Origin: Shigella phage ESh25
Reading direction: 5' to 3' (one strand)
DNA length: 64,000 nt
Sequence record: ON528735
In this document: positions 9,200-17,204 of the stretch, one piece after another
How positions within the stretch are numbered: the first letter of the stretch is position 1
How the letters are laid out: every line of letters starts with the position of its first letter
The notes under the pieces: generated by a model
Database searches by the model: none
Seen by the model: the letters and a program-made list of their open reading frames with translations, nothing else
Told to the model about the DNA's origin: nothing
Made by a program: the position numbers and the translations under genes

Positions 9200-10224
9200 A
9201 TCTTAGCATATTTAGATAGCCGCATTTTAGCCATCAACCCCTGGGCAATATTATTTTTCATATATTCCATAATTTGTTCAGGGGTTGCACCTTCCTTTCT
9301 AATCATATCATTGACATCTTTTGATTTCCAGGGAGATTTATCCCAAAACATAACCCTTTCTCCTGCATCAACTAATTTAGTCATTCGTTTGATAGTGTCA
9401 GGGTGACGAGGTTCATTATCTAAAACCCACACTCGTCTATCTTTAAATGGAACAACTTCTAGGTCTAATTGACCACCTGTAATAGCTATACCATTTTCAA
9501 TAAAAAGTGAATCTATAGGTCCTTCTAGAACATATACATCACCATCTTTAACTCGTTCGACTCCATAGATTTTTGTTGCCTCAGGATAAGCTTTGATGGT
9601 GATATATTTTTGAGGAGCATCTTTCTTTAATGCACGCCCTTGAAAAGACTCAGCTTTTCCATTAGCATTATAAATTGGAATAACAAGACGAGGCTCAGGT
9701 ATTTCCTTTTTATATGTTCCCGGTGCTATGCTATTGACTAATTTAGGCCATTCGGTTGTAAACCAAAGAAATTTCCATTTATCCTTTGGAATACAACGAG
9801 CTTTTACATATTTTATAATTGGATGGTCTTCCGCCAATTTATCTAATCTAACACATGACGGAAGAGATTTAATTATTTTCTTCTCAGGTTGTTTAGGAAG
9901 TTCTTTAGGTTTTTCTACTGGACGACTTTTACCTTTTTCTTTTCTTATTTCAAAGATATACTCACGATATAAATCAGGTTCAAACTCCTTTAAATATATT
10001 CCGATTGGTGCATGATAGTTACAGTTATAACAATGAATATTTCCTTCATTATTATCACCATAATACCATCCACGAGCTTTATTCTGGTCGGTTTTTGAAT
10101 CTCCACAAACAGGGCATCTAAACCGCAATTTAAAAGTTGAACTATTATTTACTTGTGTGAATTTAGGTAAATGAGCTAGCGCACGATATGCAAACTCATT
10201 ATCAATCCAAGGTATTGATGACAT
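9196..10224 (-). CDS. 61: DNA primase (gp61)
   Basis: 342 aa; zinc ribbon CPVCGDSK...CYNC; T4 synteny. Confidence 0.95.
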   Translation of the reverse strand: MSSIPWIDNEFAYRALAHLPKFTQVNNSSTFKLRFRCPVCGDSKTDQNKARGWYYGDNNEGNIHCYNCNYHAPIGIYLKEFEPDLYREYIFEIRKEKGKSRPVEKPKELPKQPEKKIIKSLPSCVRLDKLAEDHPIIKYVKARCIPKDKWKFLWFTTEWPKLVNSIAPGTYKKEIPEPRLVIPIYNANGKAESFQGRALKKDAPQKYITIKAYPEATKIYGVERVKDGDVYVLEGPIDSLFIENGIAITGGQLDLEVVPFKDRRVWVLDNEPRHPDTIKRMTKLVDAGERVMFWDKSPWKSKDVNDMIRKEGATPEQIMEYMKNNIAQGLMAKMRLSKYAKI

Positions 10225-10226
10225 TT

Positions 10227-10391
10227 TTACTCTTCTTTTTCTTTAGATTCCTCTTTTTTCTTTTTAGGAATCTGTTCAGGACCTTTATTTACTACAGCGC
10301 CTGACGTTGTTCCAGTAGAGATATTTTCAGGATTACCACCTGAATCTCCAGCGACCATATCTTCTTTGATAAATTCTTTAAACGTTTTCAT
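10227..10391 (-). CDS. hypothetical small Gly/Lys-rich protein (61.1 position)
   Basis: 54 aa ORF below track threshold, found by manual translation; ATG one nt after upstream stop. Confidence 0.4.
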   Translation of the reverse strand: MKTFKEFIKEDMVAGDSGGNPENISTGTTSGAVVNKGPEQIPKKKKEESKEKEE

Positions 10392-10392
10392 A

Positions 10393-10749
10393 TTAACCTC
10401 TATTCATAAAAGCATTAAAAATTTGGTCATCAATAGATGGAATAGCAACTTTTTCTGCATCATTTAGCAAATCATTAATTTCATCAGATAGCATAACACA
10501 TGTACCTTTATTTCCTGTAATTGTTACTGCGCAATTACGAACGTTTTCTTTATTAAATTTTAGGTTAATATTTTCGTAATGAAAATCCTTTAATGCTGAA
10601 TATATTTTTAAAATAAAATTGTCTTTTACTACAATAAACCCAACCTCACTATTAAAACGTGGTTCATGGAAACTGTAATAAACCTTTTCATCTATAAAAT
10701 CGTATGAAATTTTTTCCATTTTTAAATATGAAAATTCAGAACTATACAT
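10393..10749 (-). CDS. hypothetical protein
   Basis: 118 aa ORF. Confidence 0.5.
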   Translation of the reverse strand: MYSSEFSYLKMEKISYDFIDEKVYYSFHEPRFNSEVGFIVVKDNFILKIYSALKDFHYENINLKFNKENVRNCAVTITGNKGTCVMLSDEINDLLNDAEKVAIPSIDDQIFNAFMNRG

Positions 10750-10761
10750 ATTAACCTCTAA

Positions 10762-11055
10762 TTACTCACCTACCACTTCAGCGATGATATTTTTATTATT
10801 AAAGTTTTTATCGCAATACAGAACATAATTATACTGCATTACACCACCAGACTTAAGCTGTTTTTGCACTTCAGCTTTCATTTCAGGGCGATCGCGCTCA
10901 ACGATATTCATAATATCTGCTTCAATTTGAGTTTCAACCTCGGTTTGATCAGCAGTCATAGACCATTCGCACAAATCTTTATCATAACCTGCCATAGCAG
11001 GCTGAGCAGCACAAGAAGCTAAAGCAAAAATTGTGGCAAAGATAAATTTTTTCAT
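10762..11055 (-). CDS. sp: spackle periplasmic protein (Sp)
   Basis: 97 aa with signal peptide MKKFIFATIFALASCAAQPAMA; T4 synteny between 61 and 41. Confidence 0.75.
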   Translation of the reverse strand: MKKFIFATIFALASCAAQPAMAGYDKDLCEWSMTADQTEVETQIEADIMNIVERDRPEMKAEVQKQLKSGGVMQYNYVLYCDKNFNNKNIIAEVVGE

Positions 11056-11115
11056 GATAATCTCCTCGGTAGTTTATGTTTATATAGTATCTCAATTTCC
11101 AACAAAAGTAAATAG

Positions 11116-11415
11116 TTATTTTAAAACTTCTGCGTAATCACATGTTACAAACTGTTTCTCTAGCTTGACGATTTTACGAAAGTATCTTTTGCATTGGCGA
11201 ATCTGCCTCTTCGTAGGACGTACAGCAAACTTAATAAATTCCACTCGACCAAATGGAGGACTTTCTTCTGCTGGAATATCTAACACCAATTCCCATGTAT
11301 CTGCAATAAGTGCTTTGAATTGCGTATTTTTCCTGACGTTATACGGAGTAGGTTTAAATAAAACAATATGCATATTATCCTCGGCAATCCACTTCACATA
11401 CTTTCTTGTCATCAA
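11116..11415 (-). CDS. hypothetical protein (61.4 position)
   Basis: 99 aa ORF. Confidence 0.5.
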   Translation of the reverse strand: MMTRKYVKWIAEDNMHIVLFKPTPYNVRKNTQFKALIADTWELVLDIPAEESPPFGRVEFIKFAVRPTKRQIRQCKRYFRKIVKLEKQFVTCDYAEVLK

Positions 11416-11557
11416 TGAAAGCTTTAACTAATGCTTTATTAACTTCAGCATACTGAGTAGTAGCCCATTGAACATCATCTTTCATCATTGTGGTTTCTTT
11501 AATAAACATGCTTTCATTCTTAAACCACCCCATAAAAACTACCTTTACCAATTCCAT
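11375..11557 (-). CDS. dmd: Dmd, discriminator of mRNA degradation
   Basis: 60 aa; size and position next to gene 41 as in T4. Confidence 0.7.
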   Translation of the reverse strand: MELVKVVFMGWFKNESMFIKETTMMKDDVQWATTQYAEVNKALVKAFIDDKKVCEVDCRG

Positions 11558-11586
11558 AACAATCTCCTCATTTAACCAACAAGACT

Positions 11587-11616
11587 ACTATACCATAGTC
11601 TTGTCAGCTTGTAAAC
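11587..11616 (-). promoter_or_regulatory. early promoter (-35 GTTTAC, -10 TATAGT) for dmd
   Basis: Hexamers with 17 nt spacer on minus strand, SD GAGGAG before dmd ATG. Confidence 0.5.
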
Positions 11617-13043
11617 TAAAATTTTAATTCATTTGCCAAAGCATCTAACTGAGCTCGAGCGGATTCGTTTCTTTGATAGCGATTCTGTTCAGCCTGAATC
11701 TGCTGTGAACCTGCTACTTCGTTCACTTCAGTTGGAGTAGAATCTTGTTCAATTTCTACCCATTTCTGATTTCCTTTTTGAACACCCATCAAAAACTTAT
11801 TCCATTTATTCTTATCACCGTATCGTGATTTGATTTGCTTAATGAGTTGTTGTTCAGCAGCTGCTAGCTCCTCGGTTTCAATGACCGCAAGCATAAAATC
11901 GGCTGTTGCTGGAAGGCCGGCAGATTCTGCAATATCGCTCATGTTAACATCAGAAGAATCCCAAGCTTGTTTACCAACCTGTGCTGCGGTCCAAAGAACA
12001 GTTTCGGTTTCAACAGCCAGAGCACGCAATTCCTCTGCGATAGCTTTAACAGTTGTGTAACTATTTTCTGAATAAACTCTAATGCGGCAAGATTTACAAA
12101 TACCCAGATAGTCAACAATAATGATTGTTGGAACAAAATTCTTCTTGAGCTTCAATTCATTCAAAAGAGAACGAAATGTATTAGCGTCTGCTCCACCGGT
12201 AGGATATTGTTTAACGATTAAACGGCCGAGAGTAGATTTCTCGCGCCATTTTTCCATTTTTCCTTTATACTCAGCGTAAGAAATATGCCCATCATCAATG
12301 TCATCAAGAGAAACATCAAGCATATTAGCGTCAATACGCTTAGCACAGACTTCTTCTGCCATTTCCATGGAAATGTAAAGAACATTATGTCCGAGCTGCA
12401 AATAATCTGCTGCCAATGAACACAGACCTAATGACTTACCGACGTTAACACCAGCCATTAAAACGTTCAGTGTTCCAGTTTCAGCTCCGCCTTTAGTAAT
12501 TTTATTTAGAATTTTGAGTTTAAATGGAACCTTACGAGCTTTATTCATATAAGATAGCCAACGTGCTTCGTAGTCATCCATCCAATCATGACCAACGTAA
12601 CTATCAAATGAAATTGATAATGCCTGACGCATGATGTCAGGAATAGCACCAACATCCGGCATTTTCTTATTTCGTTTTTCCAGAGGAAGCTCAGCATTAG
12701 TTTGAATTTCGATTATTTTAGACGTAGCATTAAACATCGCCCTTTGCTGAACATATTTTTCTGTTTCTTTTACTAACCAGCTGTGGTCTTCCGGAGAATC
12801 AGCCAGTTTTGAAATAAGTGTTTTTACACCAGAATATTCTGTTTCAGTAAATGAACTATTTTCTAATGCAACATTTAACGCATTAATAGATGGAACGCTA
12901 TGATACTCATTGACATGAGATTTAATTAATTTGAATGTATTTTTAGCTGGACCACTTTCAAAATATTCTGAATCCATATATGGCCAAACTTTTGAAAAAT
13001 AAGCTTGATCAAATATGAGATGAGAAAGAATAATTTCTACCAC
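11616..13043 (-). CDS. 41: replicative DNA helicase (gp41, DnaB-like)
   Basis: 475 aa; Walker A GVNVGKS; T4 synteny. Confidence 0.95.
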   Translation of the reverse strand: MVEIILSHLIFDQAYFSKVWPYMDSEYFESGPAKNTFKLIKSHVNEYHSVPSINALNVALENSSFTETEYSGVKTLISKLADSPEDHSWLVKETEKYVQQRAMFNATSKIIEIQTNAELPLEKRNKKMPDVGAIPDIMRQALSISFDSYVGHDWMDDYEARWLSYMNKARKVPFKLKILNKITKGGAETGTLNVLMAGVNVGKSLGLCSLAADYLQLGHNVLYISMEMAEEVCAKRIDANMLDVSLDDIDDGHISYAEYKGKMEKWREKSTLGRLIVKQYPTGGADANTFRSLLNELKLKKNFVPTIIIVDYLGICKSCRIRVYSENSYTTVKAIAEELRALAVETETVLWTAAQVGKQAWDSSDVNMSDIAESAGLPATADFMLAVIETEELAAAEQQLIKQIKSRYGDKNKWNKFLMGVQKGNQKWVEIEQDSTPTEVNEVAGSQQIQAEQNRYQRNESARAQLDALANELKF

Positions 13044-13052
13044 ACTTACTCC

Positions 13053-13397
13053 TTAAAAGAATTTAAATTTTTTCTTTGACCTTTTATTAAATGCATCTTG
13101 TAGTTGCATTGTAATACATTTTTCTACATGAGGAGCTAACTCAGCTTTTCTTTCTTGGTCAAGAACAGCAAAGTCCATTACAACCTTTCCATCAACCCAA
13201 TCCAGTTTAGTTACATACACTATATGTGTAGAACCATCTTCTAGTTTAATGACAATCTCCTGGATAACATTTTCCATGGCAGATTTAATTATCTTAAGAG
13301 ACTCGTTAAAAAGACGTTCTTTTCTTTCTTCTTCCCCCTCTTCGGAGGGGGATTCGTCGATAATTTCTAGATCTAAATCTAAATCATCTTTATTCAT
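13053..13397 (-). CDS. 40: gp40 head vertex assembly chaperone (probable)
   Basis: Position between uvsX and 41; track start is GTG, trimmed to ATG that overlaps uvsX stop; start uncertain. Confidence 0.6.
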   Translation of the reverse strand: MNKDDLDLDLEIIDESPSEEGEEERKERLFNESLKIIKSAMENVIQEIVIKLEDGSTHIVYVTKLDWVDGKVVMDFAVLDQERKAELAPHVEKCITMQLQDAFNKRSKKKFKFF

Positions 13398-14571
13398 TAA
13401 ATTCTTCCATATCACTTAACTGCTCGAGGTCAGTTTCTAAATCAGCAGCTGATTTACTTTTACTTTCTGGAGATTTAAATTTTTCAACCTTTGAGTTAAT
13501 CAATTCATCAACTTCAGCTTCAACAATTTCATTACTATCAATAGCACCTAATTGATAAGCACGTTTAATAGCATCTCGGAATGGTTGATGCTTAAATAAA
13601 GGACCCCAGAATGTAGTGCAGTTGGTATCTTTTGCACGCCAAGATTTTTCTTCGCGAATCATCTCACCGGTTTCTTCGTCAAGAAATTCACGAGCATACC
13701 AGCCATTTTTAGGTTTTACTACAAATCCTAATTCTAGAGCCATATCTAACAATCCAGAATAAGGATCGATACCACCGTCAAATTTAACATCAATAAAGAA
13801 TTTACTTTTTTCTTTAACGGTACGAGATTTTTCTACATTTAGAACAAATTGATATCCCTGAAGATCAGAACCATCTTTAATCTGACGTTTACCGATAATG
13901 AATACAGTATCAGCCGAATACATTACGCCTGTACCGCCTGTCATCACGGTTTTACTAAACATTTCAATTGTTTCAATTGTATGGTTAACCGCAACACATG
14001 GAATATTTTTAATGCTAAAGTAAGGAGTAACAATACGGAATAATGACTTCAGTGATTTAGCACGAGTCATATCTGCCACAGATTTTTCATTCAAGGCATC
14101 TTCCGTTTCTTTCTTAGAAGCCATATTACCGATTGAGTCGATGAATACAATAACCTTTTCACCACGCTCAATAGCTTCAAGCTGGTTCACCATATCAATT
14201 TTCAGCTGTTCAACTGACTGGATTGGTGTATGAATTACTCGTTCCGGGTCAACTCCCATAGATCGCAAATAAGCTGGAGTGATACCAAATTCGCTATCAT
14301 AGAATAGACAAACCGCGTCAGGATATTTGTTCAAATATGCCGCAACCATAGTCAAAGACATATTTGATTTAAAGTGTTTAGAAGGCCCTGCGAAAATAGT
14401 TAAACCAGACTGCATGCCGCCATCAATCGCACCAGAAATAGCAATATTAAGCATTGGGATTTTTGTACGGATTACATCCTTTTCATTAAAGAATTTAGAT
14501 GTAGTCAGTTCAGCAGTCATTTTAGAAGTTGAAGCTTTAATCAAACGGGATTTTAAATCTGCAATAGACAT
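13390..14571 (-). CDS. uvsX: UvsX recombinase (RecA-like)
   Basis: 393 aa; sequence recognised as T4 UvsX. Confidence 0.95.
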   Translation of the reverse strand: MSIADLKSRLIKASTSKMTAELTTSKFFNEKDVIRTKIPMLNIAISGAIDGGMQSGLTIFAGPSKHFKSNMSLTMVAAYLNKYPDAVCLFYDSEFGITPAYLRSMGVDPERVIHTPIQSVEQLKIDMVNQLEAIERGEKVIVFIDSIGNMASKKETEDALNEKSVADMTRAKSLKSLFRIVTPYFSIKNIPCVAVNHTIETIEMFSKTVMTGGTGVMYSADTVFIIGKRQIKDGSDLQGYQFVLNVEKSRTVKEKSKFFIDVKFDGGIDPYSGLLDMALELGFVVKPKNGWYAREFLDEETGEMIREEKSWRAKDTNCTTFWGPLFKHQPFRDAIKRAYQLGAIDSNEIVEAEVDELINSKVEKFKSPESKSKSAADLETDLEQLSDMEEFNE

Positions 14572-14648
14572 TCATTTTTTCCATAGGCATCATTATATTT
14601 TCCTCACTGGTTAAAGATAGAGTAATTATAACACAATAAATTTAGGCA

Positions 14649-15491
14649 TTAATCAACTGCTATTGGATGAATAGCATTAAACTTATGAAATGCTTCTGAT
14701 TTTTCTTTACGCGAAACACACATGCGAAGAACCTTTAATGGCTCGTCTTCTTCACCCAACGATTTTCGTTTTTCAATATTCGACGTTTTCCAACGAGCTT
14801 GCTCTGGAAACTCTCTATTGATTTGCTCAAGCGCTCTATTATGTTTAGAATTACTACGAATTGAACTACACCCACCAGGAGCTTGCGCTTTACCTGATAC
14901 AACCAGATATTTGAACAAGGCCAAATGCGGATAACCTTGATTAATTAAATTGAGAAATGCATACATATCTTCGCACAAATCAATTTTTCCATACCCAATT
15001 TGTTCTGTCGTAAGTTTTCCAAGGTCATACCATGTATTCGTGAATCCATATGAATTTTCACGATAATTACCCCAAGATGAAGTAATTTTAAAAATAGGTA
15101 GACGAGCATGGCCATGATAATACCCGCAATCCATGGCATCTTCAACGTATTGAATCAATTCATAGAACTGTTCATGAGTCAATTGATTGACTTTATCCAC
15201 ACAACGACGGTCATCTCTTTTTCGCATTGAACTCATACGAATAGTAGTATCATCGTCAATCATCCAGATTCGTTGGCCTGCATACATATCAGTAATTGCT
15301 TTACGAGTACCGGCAATTCCGTTTACATCATCAGGAATAGTTATAATTTTAGCTCTAGACCCATAGGCATCATAATAAGCTTTTTCTTCATGTTCACGCA
15401 CTACAATATGGGGTTCATAATCAGTCGGAAACATATCAAGGGCAGAAACTGCCCCGACCCGCTGATAACTTGGAATTACGAATTGAATCAT
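14649..15491 (-). CDS. DNA-modifying glycosyltransferase (not T4 beta-gt type)
   Basis: ~280 aa; DxD-like MIDDD motif; occupies the beta-gt locus between uvsX and 42 but is not the 351 aa T4 beta-glucosyltransferase; ATGA overlap with gene 42. Confidence 0.6.
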   Translation of the reverse strand: MIQFVIPSYQRVGAVSALDMFPTDYEPHIVVREHEEKAYYDAYGSRAKIITIPDDVNGIAGTRKAITDMYAGQRIWMIDDDTTIRMSSMRKRDDRRCVDKVNQLTHEQFYELIQYVEDAMDCGYYHGHARLPIFKITSSWGNYRENSYGFTNTWYDLGKLTTEQIGYGKIDLCEDMYAFLNLINQGYPHLALFKYLVVSGKAQAPGGCSSIRSNSKHNRALEQINREFPEQARWKTSNIEKRKSLGEEDEPLKVLRMCVSRKEKSEAFHKFNAIHPIAVD

Positions 15492-16228
15492 TTCCACTCA
15501 CCGTTATAATCTTTTTTCACAATATGAGTTTCGCCAGTATTCCACCAATGATCAACCAAGTAAAAATGACGAGAATATACATGAAGACTTCCGACATTCC
15601 ATATAATAGAACCTGCTTTATACTGACGAGATGAATCGCCGGCATTCAAATCAGATACTAATTTATCTAATACGTATTTTTGCCATGCATAATCATTACG
15701 GAATCCGAAGACCACGTCATTTGAGCGCATGCTTACTACTGCATTGACTTTCTTATCACGAATCAGGTACTGTACTGTATTAGTACACATGAAATCTGAC
15801 ATACCATCTTTATTGTAGTCAAATTGCATGGATGGACGAGTATAAATCATGATACCACGTCGAGAATCAGGATTTTGACCAAGTTCAGCTAAACACATAT
15901 CATACTGGGCATAGTTATCTTCTGACCAAATAGCCCAACCATAATTCGAGTTAATTTCGCCTTTAGAAGATGCTACCTGCTGCCAAATCTTTGGTGTTTC
16001 ACCTGGAATATCTTTAACAAACAAGCTCTTAGATTTATACCATTCAAGTTCGCGCTGAATGTATTCATCATTAAGAGCACCAAAAATAAACGGTTCATCT
16101 GCTACAAATGATGCGCCAATAATTTCAATAGTTTTAACACCAGTTTTATCAACTACGAAATCTTTTTCTTTTAATGCAAGCCCCAAATGAAGACGGATTT
16201 CTTCAACTGTCATAGAGTCACTAATCAT
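15488..16228 (-). CDS. 42: dCMP hydroxymethylase (gp42)
   Basis: 246 aa; thymidylate-synthase-like; T4 synteny. Confidence 0.95.
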   Translation of the reverse strand: MISDSMTVEEIRLHLGLALKEKDFVVDKTGVKTIEIIGASFVADEPFIFGALNDEYIQRELEWYKSKSLFVKDIPGETPKIWQQVASSKGEINSNYGWAIWSEDNYAQYDMCLAELGQNPDSRRGIMIYTRPSMQFDYNKDGMSDFMCTNTVQYLIRDKKVNAVVSMRSNDVVFGFRNDYAWQKYVLDKLVSDLNAGDSSRQYKAGSIIWNVGSLHVYSRHFYLVDHWWNTGETHIVKKDYNGEWK

Positions 16229-16381
16229 TTAAACCTCAATTGATACATTCATATTTAACTTGTAACAGTAATAAACCCCAACCTAAAATAATAGTTGGAA
16301 TCATAGCAGGAACTGTTACGCTATAGTATATACTTATTATAACCATCAAGATTAAAAGCAACACTGTTATAATTTTGCTTT

Positions 16382-16633
16382 TCATTCCTTCTCTCTGATG
16401 ATAATTACCTGATTTGGTTGTGCAGACTTTTTAGTTTCACCCGCAATTGACCAAATAAATGTAATAAACCAACCAATAATTGACCAGTTAAACAGTAAAG
16501 ATGTGAAAAAGATTCCTACTGTCGATTTTGACCCACGCATCAAGGCAATGAACCATGGAAGCATGTATATAATAATAGCCAACACACCTGAAACTAAAAC
16601 CATAAAAATTGAACCTGCTACTAAAGTTTCCAT
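16382..16633 (-). CDS. imm: immunity protein Imm
   Basis: 83 aa with two TM helices; T4 synteny. Confidence 0.85.
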   Translation of the reverse strand: METLVAGSIFMVLVSGVLAIIIYMLPWFIALMRGSKSTVGIFFTSLLFNWSIIGWFITFIWSIAGETKKSAQPNQVIIIREKE

Positions 16634-16640
16634 GTTTTCC

Positions 16641-17021
16641 TCACTTAGTCAAATTTTTTACACATGAATTATAAGAATTCACTACATACTCCATCGGAGC
16701 ATTTTTACCAGTACGCCATTGGTAATTATTAGCCCAATTAGCCCAAAGCTCGGCGCAGTAGTTTTCAATTTTTTCTTCGCGTGTAATTACATCAGAATTA
16801 CGATATGCTTGAGCAGATTCATCTGGACGAATAGCTTCGTCAAAATTCGCCTGCATTTGTTCGACTGTTTGATTTGGAGCTTCTTTATAACACTTGACAT
16901 TAGGATTATAAAATTTGCTTGAACAGTTTACAATTTTTCCTACATCAGACTGATTTACTACCGGTCCTTGAGCCACACAACCAGTAAGACCTAATGCAAT
17001 AACCAAAATAGCGATTTTCAT
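16641..17021 (-). CDS. lipoprotein (imm.1 position)
   Basis: Lipobox LTGC after signal peptide; track start is TTG inside the leader, real ATG 12 nt downstream. Confidence 0.55.
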   Translation of the reverse strand: MKIAILVIALGLTGCVAQGPVVNQSDVGKIVNCSSKFYNPNVKCYKEAPNQTVEQMQANFDEAIRPDESAQAYRNSDVITREEKIENYCAELWANWANNYQWRTGKNAPMEYVVNSYNSCVKNLTK

Positions 17022-17033
17022 TTCATTCTCCAA

Positions 17034-17110
17034 ATCCGTATCAGTAGTTGATATTGATATAGTACCATGGAAGAACAGTCTTGTAAACAGTTTTGTGAAA
17101 AATTTTTAGG
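17034..17110 (-). repeat. promoter-leader cassette copy A (early promoter + SD)
   Basis: Near-identical to 45385..45460 and 60146..60230: GTTTACA-17nt-TACTAT...tatcaactactgatac...ttGGAGAAnnAAATG. Confidence 0.6.
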
Positions 17111-17175
17111 GAATCCAAAGGGTCCAGAATCATCTGTTTTTCATAAGTATAGATTTATATTACTTGTGTGAAAAA

Positions 17176-17191
17176 GGGACCCGGAGGTCCC
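17176..17191 (-). terminator. intrinsic terminator hairpin
   Basis: gggacccggaggtccc downstream of gene 43. Confidence 0.5.
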
Positions 17192-17204
17192 TAGATTTAT
17201 TCTA

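Noticed and set aside
16641-17033. Apparent shared N-terminal peptide MEN(E/K)M on three unrelated proteins (also 44404..45384 and 59870..60145)
   Set aside because: Artefact of the ORF track starting at a TTG inside the conserved leader (ttGGAGAA...ATG); real starts are the ATG 12 nt downstream. The conserved element is a promoter-leader cassette, not a protein motif.
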